IMG/VR virus record: IMGVR_UViG_3300020408_000033
Location: 1 to 26,280 of that record
Strand: one strand, 5' to 3'
From: a virus
Taxonomy: Duplodnaviria > Caudoviricetes
DNA: 26,280 nt
Below the pieces are notes generated by a model. It had not been told where the DNA came from. It did not search any database and was given only the letters and a program-made list of their open reading frames with translations. A program made the position numbers and the translations under genes. Positions 7,664-20,200 of the stretch are shown piece after piece. The stretch's first letter is position 1, and every line of letters begins with the position of its first letter.

Positions 7664-10600
7664 ATGTCATCTACCGACAGACAAAATAGATTGTTATTAG
7701 CTGAGGATTGGCGTAAAATTTACCAAAGTTTTAGAAACGCTGAGTTCAAAAGCTATGATTTTGATACCCTCAGAAGGGCTATGATTTCATATCTTAGAAC
7801 TAACTATCCTGAAGACTTTAACGATTACATCGAAACTTCAGAATACCTTGCTCTTATTGATATTATTGCATTCCTTGGGCAAAACATTGCATACAGAGTT
7901 GATCTTAACGCAAGAGAAAATTACTTAGAATTAGCTGAACGTAGAGAATCTGTTCTAAGGTTAGCAAGACTTTTATCTTATAATCCTAAACGTAATCAAG
8001 CCGCTAACGGACTTTTAAAGTTTGATACAATTTCTACTACAGAAAGCATTGTAGACAGCAATGGTACAAATCTCGCAGGACAAACTATTACTTGGAACGA
8101 TCCATCTAACAGTAATTGGGCTGAACAATTTACAAGAGTATTGAATGCAACATTACCTAGTAATAACATTATCGGTAAACCATCTAAGACGACTACGCTT
8201 AACGGAGTATTGACACAGAGTTATAGAATGAATAGCTCTAGTTCAGATGTGCCGGTTTTTAGTTTTAGCAAAGGTGTAAACGGAATACCTACTCAGTTTG
8301 AAATTGTATCAACAGATATAAACTTAGACAAATCTATAATAGAAGAAGAAATTCCATTACCTGGAAACCAAGTGTCATTTTTATACCGTGAAGATGGTAG
8401 AGGCAATGGAAGTAGCAACACAGGTTACTTCATGCACTTTAGACAAGGATCACTTAACAGTGGAGAATTTATTATTGATAATCCTTCTTCTAATCAAAGA
8501 ATAAACATTGAAGCAAATAACATTAATGATTCTGATGTATGGTTGTATAAATTAGACCAAAACGGTAACATTGAAAAACTTTGGACAAAGGTAGATGCAA
8601 TAGAAGGAAACAATGCAATTTACAATAGTCTTGCAAAAAGTATTAGAGATTTTTATGTAGTGCAAACTCGTAAAGATGATGAAATTACTTTTGTGTTTGC
8701 AGACGGAACTTTTGGAAACATACCAAACGGACCTTATAGAACTTTTTATAGACAAAGTGCAAACAGATCAATGCGTATTACTCCTGAAGATTTGACAGAT
8801 ATTAATTTAAGTATTGACTATGTTAGTGCAACAGGAAAACTTGAAACTCTTACAATGGGCTTAGAATTGAAAGATGTCGTTACTAATGCAAGTATTACTG
8901 AAACAAGTGCAAGCATAAGAAACAATGCACCACAAACTTATTACACACAAAATAGAATGATTACAGGAGAGGATTATAATATTGCTCCTCTTACTTCAAA
9001 TCAAGAAATTGTAAAAGTAAAATCATCTAACAGGATTTCAAGTGGTATAAGCAGATACTTTGATTTAAAAGATGTTACAGGAAAATATTCAAGTACAAAC
9101 TTATATGCTTCAGACGGAATAATTTATAGAGAACCGTATGAAGCAAAAAATTCTTTTACTTTTAGTAACCAAACAGATATCGAAGGACAGATAGAAAATT
9201 TAGTTTTGCCTATAATCCAAAGCAGAGCAATTAGTAATTTCTATTTTGGAAATTATGCAAAAATTATTGTTAGTGATCTAAATGCAACCTGGACACAAAG
9301 TACAAAGTCAACTAATCAATCTACCGGATTGTTGAAAAACACAAGTGGTACTCCTTATCAGGTAGGAGCATTTACCGGCGGTTCATTGAAATATGTTGAA
9401 CCAGGAGCATTGTTGAAGTTTGTTGCACCTGCAGGTTTTTATTTTATAGGTGAAGGAGAGTTAACTAATGATGCTAATGCCAAAGGCTCAAGCACATACA
9501 AATGGGTGAAAGTAATCAGCGTAGACGGTGCAGGAACAAATGTAAACAGTACAACAGGTGCAGGACCAATAGTGTTTAATGAAATACTACCAGCGAATAG
9601 TGTGCTTGAAGAAGTAAAACCTAAATTAGTGAAAGATATTACATCAGATGTAAGGTCGCAAATTATTGATCAGGTTTTTGCTTTTAAAACATTTGGGCTA
9701 CGTTATGATCAAGTTAATAGAATTTGGCGTGTGATTATTAATGAAAACTTAAACATTTATGATTCTTTTAGTAATGGTAAGACAGGTGACGTAACAAATA
9801 ACCAACTAGATGCAAGTTGGATATTACTATTCCAAACTAATGGTGAAAAATATACAGTAACAAATAGAGGATTGAGATATATTTTTGAAAGTGATAAGGA
9901 AATTTCATTTTACTATGATGGTCAAAGTAAAATTTATGACTCAGCTACAGGACAACTTGTAAAAGATAAAATCAGTATTATGAATTTCAACACAAAACCA
10001 GACAGCTTGGAAAACTTTAACAATGATGTTAATTGGGAAATTGTTAAAGAATATAGAAATGCCGACGGATACGTGAATAGTAAAAAAGTTGAAATTAGTT
10101 TCTTTGACCTAAACGATGACGGATCACTTGATGATCCTGATATATTTGACAATGTTGTTGCTCCAGATACCAACAGTCTTTCCAAATATATTTTCTTGAA
10201 AAAGGAACTTACCGATCAAGGATTTAACAAATACAATTATTATCCTGAAGGGTCTAAAATTATTGTCAAGGCAACGGAAATAGATATCGGTGCTTATACG
10301 CAGTATGAAAATGATCCACAAATTTTCTACATTGTTGATCAAGGAAACTTTAAAATTTTATCAAATGGAGATATGAGTTTAACAAGTGATTATCTTGCTT
10401 ATACTGGTAGAGCTGATTTGAAATTCCATTATGTGCATAGTGCAAATGAAAGCAACAGGATAGATCCTAGTGTATCAAACATAATAGATGTGTACATGCT
10501 TACAAAATCTTATGATAGTAGTTTTAGAAAATATCTTAAAGGTACAATAACAAATAAACCACTACCACCAAGCGTAGATGAATTGTTTCAACAATATGGA

Positions 10601-11260
10601 CAAAATATAAACAAAATAAAGAGTATCAGTGATGAAGTAATTTATCATCCAGCAAAGTATAAAATATTATTTGGAGACAAAGCAGATGAAAATCTGCAAG
10701 CAGTATTCAAAGTGGTAAAAAACACTGAGAACGTTGTTAACAATAACGATATTAAGGTAAGAGTAATTGCCGCTATAAACGGATATTTTGCTTTACAAAA
10801 TTGGGATTTTGGAGAAACTTTCCATTTTACGGAAATGGCAACTTATGTAATGAATGCCTTAGCACCAGACTTACTAAATTTTATAATTGTTCCTAAACAA
10901 GGAACTTTATCTTTTGGTAGTCTGTATGAAATAAAAAGTGAAAACGATGAAATATTTGTAAGTGATGCAAAGGTGCAAGATGTAGAAATAATAGATTCTA
11001 TTACTGCTTCACGTATTCAAGCTACGGGCAGTGTAGTTTCTACTACAGCAACAACTAATACAGGAATACAAAGTCAAGCATTGACTGTAACCTCCACATC
11101 TGCTACAACAACCTCTACGTCAACATCTACTTCTACTTCTACTTCAACAAGTAGTAGCAGTGGATCTTCAGGATCAAGTGGTTCAGGCGGATCAGGATCA
11201 GGCGGATCAGGATCAGGCGGAGGAGGTAGTTCTGGCGGCGGTGGAGGCTACGGTTACTAA
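7664..11260 (+). CDS. gp6: Baseplate wedge subunit, T4 gp6 / Baseplate-J-like, enlarged (1198 aa)
   Basis: N-terminal SYDFDTLRRAMISYLR...FNDY..SEYLALIDIIAF...DLNARENYLELAERRESVLRLARLLSYNPKR, central FADGTFGNIP and ETSASIRNNAPQTYYTQNRMITGEDY are gp6 hallmarks. It follows gp25. Confidence 0.9.
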   Translation: MSSTDRQNRLLLAEDWRKIYQSFRNAEFKSYDFDTLRRAMISYLRTNYPEDFNDYIETSEYLALIDIIAFLGQNIAYRVDLNARENYLELAERRESVLRLARLLSYNPKRNQAANGLLKFDTISTTESIVDSNGTNLAGQTITWNDPSNSNWAEQFTRVLNATLPSNNIIGKPSKTTTLNGVLTQSYRMNSSSSDVPVFSFSKGVNGIPTQFEIVSTDINLDKSIIEEEIPLPGNQVSFLYREDGRGNGSSNTGYFMHFRQGSLNSGEFIIDNPSSNQRINIEANNINDSDVWLYKLDQNGNIEKLWTKVDAIEGNNAIYNSLAKSIRDFYVVQTRKDDEITFVFADGTFGNIPNGPYRTFYRQSANRSMRITPEDLTDINLSIDYVSATGKLETLTMGLELKDVVTNASITETSASIRNNAPQTYYTQNRMITGEDYNIAPLTSNQEIVKVKSSNRISSGISRYFDLKDVTGKYSSTNLYASDGIIYREPYEAKNSFTFSNQTDIEGQIENLVLPIIQSRAISNFYFGNYAKIIVSDLNATWTQSTKSTNQSTGLLKNTSGTPYQVGAFTGGSLKYVEPGALLKFVAPAGFYFIGEGELTNDANAKGSSTYKWVKVISVDGAGTNVNSTTGAGPIVFNEILPANSVLEEVKPKLVKDITSDVRSQIIDQVFAFKTFGLRYDQVNRIWRVIINENLNIYDSFSNGKTGDVTNNQLDASWILLFQTNGEKYTVTNRGLRYIFESDKEISFYYDGQSKIYDSATGQLVKDKISIMNFNTKPDSLENFNNDVNWEIVKEYRNADGYVNSKKVEISFFDLNDDGSLDDPDIFDNVVAPDTNSLSKYIFLKKELTDQGFNKYNYYPEGSKIIVKATEIDIGAYTQYENDPQIFYIVDQGNFKILSNGDMSLTSDYLAYTGRADLKFHYVHSANESNRIDPSVSNIIDVYMLTKSYDSSFRKYLKGTITNKPLPPSVDELFQQYGQNINKIKSISDEVIYHPAKYKILFGDKADENLQAVFKVVKNTENVVNNNDIKVRVIAAINGYFALQNWDFGETFHFTEMATYVMNALAPDLLNFIIVPKQGTLSFGSLYEIKSENDEIFVSDAKVQDVEIIDSITASRIQATGSVVSTTATTNTGIQSQALTVTSTSATTTSTSTSTSTSTSTSSSSGSSGSSGSGGSGSGGSGSGGGGSSGGGGGYGY
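11081..11257 (+). repeat. Low-complexity Thr/Ser then Gly/Ser coding tail of gp6, including 15-bp tandem repeat TCAGGCGGATCAGGA (about 2.6 copies, 11183-11221)
   Basis: Translates as (ST)n-SSSSGSSGSSGSGGSGSGGSGSGGGGSSGGGGGYGY-stop. Exact 15-mer copies at 11183-11197 and 11198-11212. Confidence 0.9.
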
Positions 11261-14200
11261 TGGCACAAGACGAAAAACCAATTCAAACAGGCAAAGATGA
11301 AAAAAGAGAAGTAGCATCTCTTTTACCAAGATACTTTCGTACGTCTGCTAATAAAAAGTTTTTAAGTAGTACGCTAGATCAAATGATGCAACCTGGCGTC
11401 ATTGAAAAGGTTGACGGATTTATTGGTAGGAAAGATGCTAAAGCATTTAGTGCCGACGACAATTACGTTCCTGAAATAAGTTCAGACAGAGAAAACTATC
11501 AATTAGAACCTGTAGCTACCATTCAAAATAATATAGGCGAAACTATATTTTACAGAGATTATAGAGACTATGTAAATTCTGTTAAAATAAGAAATGCAGA
11601 TACTACTAATCACAGCATTTTAAATGGGCAAGAATATTATGCTTGGGAGCCTCATATTGATTGGGATAAGTTTACTAACTTTAGAGAATATTATTGGCTT
11701 CCTACTGGACCTGATAGCATTCCGGTATACGGAACAGCCAGAGATATAACCAGCACCTACAACGTTAAAAAACAGTCTAATGTTGATAACGATTCTTATG
11801 TCTTTTCAGATGAGAATGCAATTTCTAATCCTACTCTTACGTTATACAAAGGCCAGACATATACGTTTGATATAGATGCGGAGGACATGCCTTTCACCAT
11901 TAGGACTTCAGTGAAGGTGGATGATGATTCAAATTTATACAATACAGGAGTAAGTCAACAAAAAGTAGAAAAAGGAAAAGTAACCTGGGAAATAGATTTA
12001 GAAGCACCTGATACTTTATATTATGTAAATGGAAACGATATTGAAGCATCTGGATTAATAGTAATAAAAAATATTATAGATAATACATCTTTAGATGTAG
12101 GTGCTGATATCATTGGAAAGAAAACATATACAATGCAAAACGGTTATGCATTGTCCAATGGAATGAAAGTAGAATTTTTTGGCAATGTAACACCAGCAAG
12201 TTACGCAGAAGGAAAATATTATGTAGAAGGTGTTGGAGATTCTATTAAATTAATTTCAGAAGGTGATTTAAGTGTAAGTGCAGGATACTTGGCTGATATC
12301 AAAACAGAATTTGACGGCAATTCATTTGATGCAGTTCCTTTTGATGATGCTTTATCTTTTGCTAACAAAAAAGATTACATCTGTATTAACAAAGCATCTA
12401 AAGATAGAAACCAATGGAGCAGATACAATTTATGGACACACAAGTCTGTGTTAGAAACGACTGCCGCTATAAACGGAACTCCTGTTGAAATTGATCAAAA
12501 CTTTAGAGCAACAAGACCTATTATTGAATTTGAAGCAGGATTAAAATTAGTTAACTTTGGTACAGAATCAAAAACGTCTGTTGATTTAGTTGACACTGTA
12601 ACGAAAGATGTTTTTTCAGATATAGAAGGACAAGTAGGTTATTTTGTTGATGGAACTGAGCTTGTTACAGGAATGCGTGTTCTGTTTACAGCTGATCCAG
12701 ATTCATTAGTCAACGGTAAAATTTATACAGTTACATTTATAAATCACAATGGTACAAATCAGATTGCACTTAAAGAAACAACAGATACAACACCATTAGA
12801 AAATCAAACGGTTCAAGTTAAATCAGGAACAAATTTCAAAGGTAAGGTATTTTGGTATAACGGCACCACTTGGAGACAAGGACAAGATAAAACAAGTGTA
12901 AACCAGCAACCGTTATTTGATATGTACAACAATGAAGGTACATTGCTATCTGCGATTGATGGTAGCACATTTAAAGGTAATAAAATATTTTCTTATAAGC
13001 AAGGCGAAGGAACCAATGATACAGAATTAGGATTTCCGTTATCTTACAGAACTATAGAAAATAGTGGAGATATCACGTTTGATTTCAATTTACTTAACGA
13101 TATGTATCAATATGATCAAGGAACAAATGTATTAAAAGTAAAAACTGATACTGCACTTTTAAGAAAGTACACAAATAGAACAACATTTACAAGTGTATCT
13201 GGTTGGAAAAAGGCTCCAACCAAATCAGAGCAACCAGTAATTTTACAATATGTTACAGGTCCTAGAACAAATAATTTTATAATTGATTGTTATCAACGTA
13301 GTGGTGATTTAAATGATTTAAAAATAAAAGTATATCTTGATAACAAAAGATGTTACGAAGAAACTGATTATACTATTTTTAGGCAAAACGGATATGCATA
13401 CGTACAGTTTGTAAAAGATTTAGAACTGAAGCAAAGTGTAATAATAGAAACAAAGACAGCTACTCCAAAAAATAATAGAGGATACTATAAGTTTCCGATC
13501 AACCTAGAAAAAAATCCTATGAATGAGAACGTGGTTGATTTTACTTTTGGAGAAGTTTTAGATCACGTCAACAGCATAGTTGATAACAATGACGACTTCA
13601 CTGGTGTGTTTCCAGGAGTAGGAAATTTAAGAGATTTAGGACAAGTATCTCAATTTGGATTAAGATTTGTACAACATTCTGGACCAATTAATCTTGCATT
13701 ATATAATCTTACAACAAAAGATTACAACATGCCAAAAGCTATTCAGTTTTCTGGAAACGAATATATCAAATTCAAGAGAGAATTTCTTAGAATTGCAAAT
13801 GAATTAGGATTTGAAGGAAGTGATAAAGTCCATGTTGATAAGATACTTTTAGAGCTTACAAAAACAAAAAATAAAAATGATGCATTTTATTTTAGTGACA
13901 TGGTACCTTTTGGTGGCGATAATATCCAAGAATATGAAATAGAAGATTCAACACAAAATATTTTTAGTTTAACAAGAAGTGTATCTTTCACTGAGCTAAA
14001 TGAAAATGCTTGTCTAATATACTTAGACGAAATGCAACTAATAAAAGACAAAGATTATGCAATTAGTACAGACGGTTTTATCAACATTACAAAACCTTTG
14101 GTTGCAGGACAGAAAGTAAAGATAGTAGAATACGAAACTACTGATGGTTGTTGGATACCACCAACTCCTACAAAACTAGGTTTGTATCCTAAATATGAAC

Positions 14201-17200
14201 CAGAAATTTATCTTGATGACACGTATATTAGTGCAGTTCCTGATAGTACAGGACCTTACAAAATTTATGGTATTGATTCTATAACAACCAAAGGATATAA
14301 AGACAAACTAGGTTGGTTCTATCCAGTGTTCACTGATGAAGTATCTGCTCAGGCTTATGATAGAGTAAATGGTGGTACAGGATTAGCCCATACGCATACT
14401 TTTAACGGTTACAACAGAGTATTCTTCATGCCAAATTCTTCTATGAATCATGCTACAGGCGATACAACTGAGTTTACCGAATGGAATGCGGCACAACCAG
14501 TCTTACAAGGGCACGACGGATCAATATGGAAATGTTTTGGTGATTATAGAGATAGACTCCTACTTGAATTTGAAAAAAGAATTTATAATAATTTAAAGCA
14601 AGATTACGATGAATCAATTGTTGACCTAGCTGATTTTATAGAATCAGACTTTAGATCAACAGGTTTTACAAGACAAAAAATTGCTAATGTAATCATAGCA
14701 GAGTTTAATACTTGGCTAGAAACAGTAGGTGTTCCTGATTATACAAAAAATGATGTATTCACAAGAGGAAATAGTTTTACTTACAATTACTCATACTTTG
14801 GCAATCCATATGATAAACCTTTGGCAGGTTTTTGGAGAGCAATTTACAAGGATCTATATAATACCGATAGACCTCATACACACCCTTGGGAATGTTTAGG
14901 TTTAAAGATCAAGCCTAGTTGGTTTGATACTGTATACGGACCTGCACCGTACACAAAAAATAACACACTGTTGTGGCAGGATTTGAGTAAAGGTATTGTT
15001 AGAGAACCTAATAAGAAGATTACGTATAGGAACAAATATAAAAATGCAGATATTTTAAAATATATTCCTGTTGATAAACAAGGAAATCTTGTTAGTCCTG
15101 CAGAAGTTGGATATGCAAGAGGAGGTTTAGATAGCACTTACGTATATGACTTTAAGTTCGGCGATGAAGGTCCAGTAGAAACTGCTTGGAGACGTAGTTC
15201 TCATTATCCTTTTGCTTTAGTTAGAGCTTGGAGTTTATTACAGCCAGCACAGTATTATGGCCTTGCTTGGGATAGAAGTAGAACTGTAAGAAATCTTGCA
15301 GGACAATTAGTTTATAAAGATACCTCTAAAAGAATAGAACTATCACAGCTGGCATTTCCTAACAGTGCATCTGAAGAAACTCGTGTGCTTACAGCTGGAC
15401 TTGTAAATTATATTCAAGGTTATCTATCAGCAAATGAAACATTACAATTTAAAGAATATAAAAACAATTTACAAAGTATAGAAAATAAGATCGGATCTAA
15501 AATTGGAGGATTCACACAGAAAAATAAATTTAAATTAATACTTGATAGTAGAACACCTACCAATGAAGGAAATATTTTTATTCCTGAAGAAAACTATGAA
15601 GTTATTTTAACAAAGAGTGTGCCAACCAATGTCCTTTCTTACAGTGGAATTATAATAGAAAAACTTCCGCAAGGGTTTAAAGTAAATGGATATGATAAAG
15701 ACACACCAGTCTTTAGAACATTGCCGGTGATGAAAAAGGCAAATGATCCTGTCGTTAACATCGGTGGAGTAAGTGAAAATTTCTTAACCTGGACAACCGG
15801 AAAAGTTTATGAACCAGGACAAGTTGTTAGCTTTAATAGTGTATATTACAGAGTAAAGGTTGGACATACAGCCAGTGATAATTTTAATCCTGATAATTTC
15901 CAACAGATGGCAGACCTTCCTACAGAAGGCGGAGCAAATGCTACTTTTGCAAATAGTTTTGACACAGTGCAATTTGATGTGCCGTACGGAACCGTATATA
16001 CAGAAGTGCAAGATGTGGTAGATTTTATTTTAGGATACCAGCAGTACCTAAAACAAACTGGATTCTTATTTGAGACTTATAATCAAACCTTACAAGAAAT
16101 AGAAGATTGGAAGTTAAGTGCCAAAGAGTATATGTTCTGGACAACACAAAACTGGGATAGTGGTGCTGTTTTAACATTAAGCCCTAGTGCTAGACAGATT
16201 GCTTTTAGTAATCCATATGCAGTTGTAGATGACATTTACAATAATTTTTATGATTATAGTTTACTCAAGGCAGACGGAAAAAGATTGCTTGCTGATTTTG
16301 CAACCACAGAACGAGACAATACCAACGACTTCGGAATATATGTAAAAAACACACAAGAAGGAATATACCATTTAAAAATTCCTACAATTCAAACAGAACA
16401 TGCTATAGTTATAGACAACGAAACTGTATTCAATGATAAAATTTATACAAGACCGCAAGGTTACAGACAGGAAAGAATTAAAGTAAAAGGATACAGAAGT
16501 GATGGATGGAACGGAGGATTAAATGTTCCTGGCTTTATATTTTCTGATTCTGTAATTAATGAATGGACTCAATGGCAAGATTACAAGATAGGAGATCTTG
16601 TCAAATACAAGCAATACTATTATGTTGCAAATAGGAACATAGCAGGAGCCGATAACTTTAACGACAGTGCTTATGTACGTTTAGGAGGCAAACCTGAATC
16701 TGCATTACTTCCTAATTGGGATTACAAAGCAAAACAGTTTGAGGATTTCTACGATCTAGATTCTGATAATTTTGATGTTGAACAGCAAAAACTTGCACAG
16801 CATTTGACAGGATATCAGAAAAGGAAATATTTAGAAAATATTATTCCTGATGATGTAAGCCAGTATAAATTTTATCAAGGCATGATACAGGATAGAGGTA
16901 CCAAAAATGTTCTAAATAAATTATTTGACAAATTAGGAAGTGCAAACAAAGATAGCATAGAATTCTTTGAAGAATGGGCTGTACGTGTAGGAAGATATGG
17001 CGCAACAGAAGGTGATGACACATTTGAAGTTTTACTAGACGAACAAAATTATAGATTAGAACCACAGCCAGTAGAATTGGTCGATGTAGTAAATCCTAAA
17101 GATACTTCTTTAATAATTGGTATTGATAGAAATAATGTTTATGTGAAGTCAAAAAATTATGATCATAAACCTTTACCAACAAAACATTTCAACGACGAAA

Positions 17201-20200
17201 ACATTTTTGTTCCATCGGCAGGTTATGTTAATCCATCAGATGTGTATACCAGTGTTTTAAATTACAATGATATATTGAATCAAAATATTGATACACTGCA
17301 AGCAGGACAGTATATTTGGACAGCATTAGAAAAGAACCAAACAACTTGGTCAGTTTACAAGTATGTAGGAAGTGAATTTAAGATACAAAGTGTTGGAAAA
17401 AGTGAAAACAATGTATTTAAGATTACGCTTAATTCAGAACCTAATTTTGAAGCTGGAGATATTATCGGCATCAAAGAAGTAGGAGACGAAAACAATGGCT
17501 TCTTTACTGTTAACAAAGTAGAATTAAATGTGTTATCATGTAACTCTGTAGAAGATGTTCCTCAAACTGAGGAAGACAAATATGATGGAGAAGGATTCTT
17601 AACATATTTCAAAAAAGTAAGAGTTGCAAATTTAACCGAAGCTAACGCAAACATACAAGAATCAGATGTAACACCGTTTACTATTGTTGGCGATTTACCA
17701 ACAGGACAGACTATCTGGGTTGATGATGACGATACAGGTAAATGGACAGTATTAAAAAGTAAACAGGTATATGAATTAAAGCCAAACATTATTAACACTA
17801 CTGCTGGATTACTAGATAGCACACAAAAGGATTTTGGTTCTAGCGTATCGGTAACAGAAAACAACAACACAGTGGCTATTACTGCTCCTAAAGATTTAAA
17901 TGGTAGTGTTTACATCTTTACTAGACCAAGTGACAATACTGAAGTAGGACTTTTACAGCAGATAGATGAACAGGCATTTTTGTATGATAGTAATGGCGGA
18001 TTTGGTACAAGTGCCGCTTTGAGTCCAGACGGAAAATATCTGGCAATTGGATCACCCAATGCATCAAATGTAAAATCTAAACTTAAAGGTGATTACGTAA
18101 ACACAAAAACATACGCAACTGGTGATATTGTTTTATATAGTGATCAGCTATGGAGAGCAAAACGTCCTATAGAGGCAGATGCTGTACAAAATTTCCAAAG
18201 TCACGCTTCAAATCAACAAAGTATTTCAGATGATTATGACACTACATCAAGTTCTTATCCTGAAACAGTCTTTATGATGCGTGGAAATTATGCAATGCCT
18301 AATTCTGCAACTGATCATATTTTGATACGTGCAGAAAAAGAACAATGGGAAGGTACAAAACCAGGAGACATATTAACATTAAAATGGAATCAATTCACAT
18401 CATTAGCTACAGCAGGAGTACAACCTTTTAATGGCGATGCCGTTATGAACCAAAGTTTCATAAATGGACAACACGTTATTGCTGGTAAGGTTCAAATGGT
18501 TGTTGAAATTATTTCTGCATTAGCCACACCAGAAGTAGGAGATGAAATTACTACTGAAACTGCTAGAGCCAATGTTCAATATAGATTTATTGATAATGAC
18601 AATAGATTAATTTTATACCTAAACAACGTTAACGGAAATTTATCAACGTCAGGCACAATAGCACAAAACAATATTACTATTGGTACTTACACAGCCATTA
18701 ATAATATAAATGATAATTATCATGCAGGTTGGTGGTATATTAATGTAGGACAATCATTTAATTCAACAAATATAAAAGAAACTAAACCAAATCTTGTAGT
18801 TACAGATATTACATTAGAAGGAGGCACACCTCCAACTCCTATATTCAACAATATTTTAGATACGAAACAAAATGAAGATATAATATCTAATCCTACAAGG
18901 GTAAGTTACTATGGTGTTTTAAGTCACCAGCAAGGAGCAACTGAGATAAACATTCTTGATGATAGATGGTTTATCAGAACAGATGCAACTCAATATGCAC
19001 AATTACAAGTTGGTAATAAAATTAGAACATGGATTTCGGACACTTACGTAAGCGGAACAAGGCAAGATCCTTCAGCAATAGGTCTTACATACGACTATGT
19101 AAACAACACTGAACACACAATTTTAGATAAATGGAATGGTTGGGTTGATGTTAGGCTAACTAACTTTGATTTAAATGGAGATCCGTTCTTACCTAATGTA
19201 GGAGATACAGTCACGGACACAACTACAGGATCAACTGCTGAAGTTGCTTACATACAAAGACAGTTTGCGGTTGCAAGATTTTTCCTTAAAAATAGAAATG
19301 GCACCTGGTCGAAAGGAAGTGATTTCGGCGAAGCAAGTAATGTAACATTTTTTGAAAATGATTCTACAGTACGAACTGTAGGACCTATCAATAATACCCA
19401 TGTTGAAAATAATGTATCAGGTGGATTAGTAGTAATTAGAAATGCAACTAATATTGCAATACCAGCTGGAAATAGTTACGTACAGGATACAGAGTATTGG
19501 ATTTATGCTTCTAGCAACATAGATGGCATAACAGATAGTGCAAATCCTCCAGGACCTTTAAATTTAGATTGGATAAGGGTATACAACATTCCGTTAAGTG
19601 CCGCAGGAGAACCAGCCGCAGAAAATATGGATGCACAAGGTGCTTTTGCAATTTACGAAAAAAGAGGATCAACATATCAATTACAAAATTATTTCACTGT
19701 GCCTAATGCCGCTTCTGGAAGGCGTTTAGGAAATAAAGTAGAGTTTAGAGAAACAGGAGCAGATTCTTACAAACTTTTTGTACATGCGAAAGGTGACGGA
19801 ACTGAGCATAACCAAGGTAGAATTTATATAATTGAGAAAAACGCTACTGAAGATTGGTCTTTAGGAATTGATAGAAACTTTAGAGGCTTCCATAGAACAT
19901 CAGCAACATACTTTGAAGGAGAGCTTGTTAGAGTAGGAAACGAGATTTACGAAGCAAATACAAATCTTGTACCTGGTACATTTAATCCAGCATTGTGGAC
20001 ACAAAAAACAAGTGGTTTGGATTTATTAGGATATGTTCCTAATGATACTAATTTTTCATTAAACACAAGCACTTTAGAACAAAACAAATTAGAAGCTTTC
20101 GGAGAAAACTTTGATGTAGATAAAAAAGGTGATGTCTTAATTGCTTCAACTATGTACACAAGCACATACGAATTAGATAGCTCTGATGGATCTCTTTTAT

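Noticed and set aside
11083-11257. CRISPR array or DGR-like repeat
   Set aside because: Short in-frame coding repeats without spacers; no reverse transcriptase or adenine-variable repeat pair was seen.
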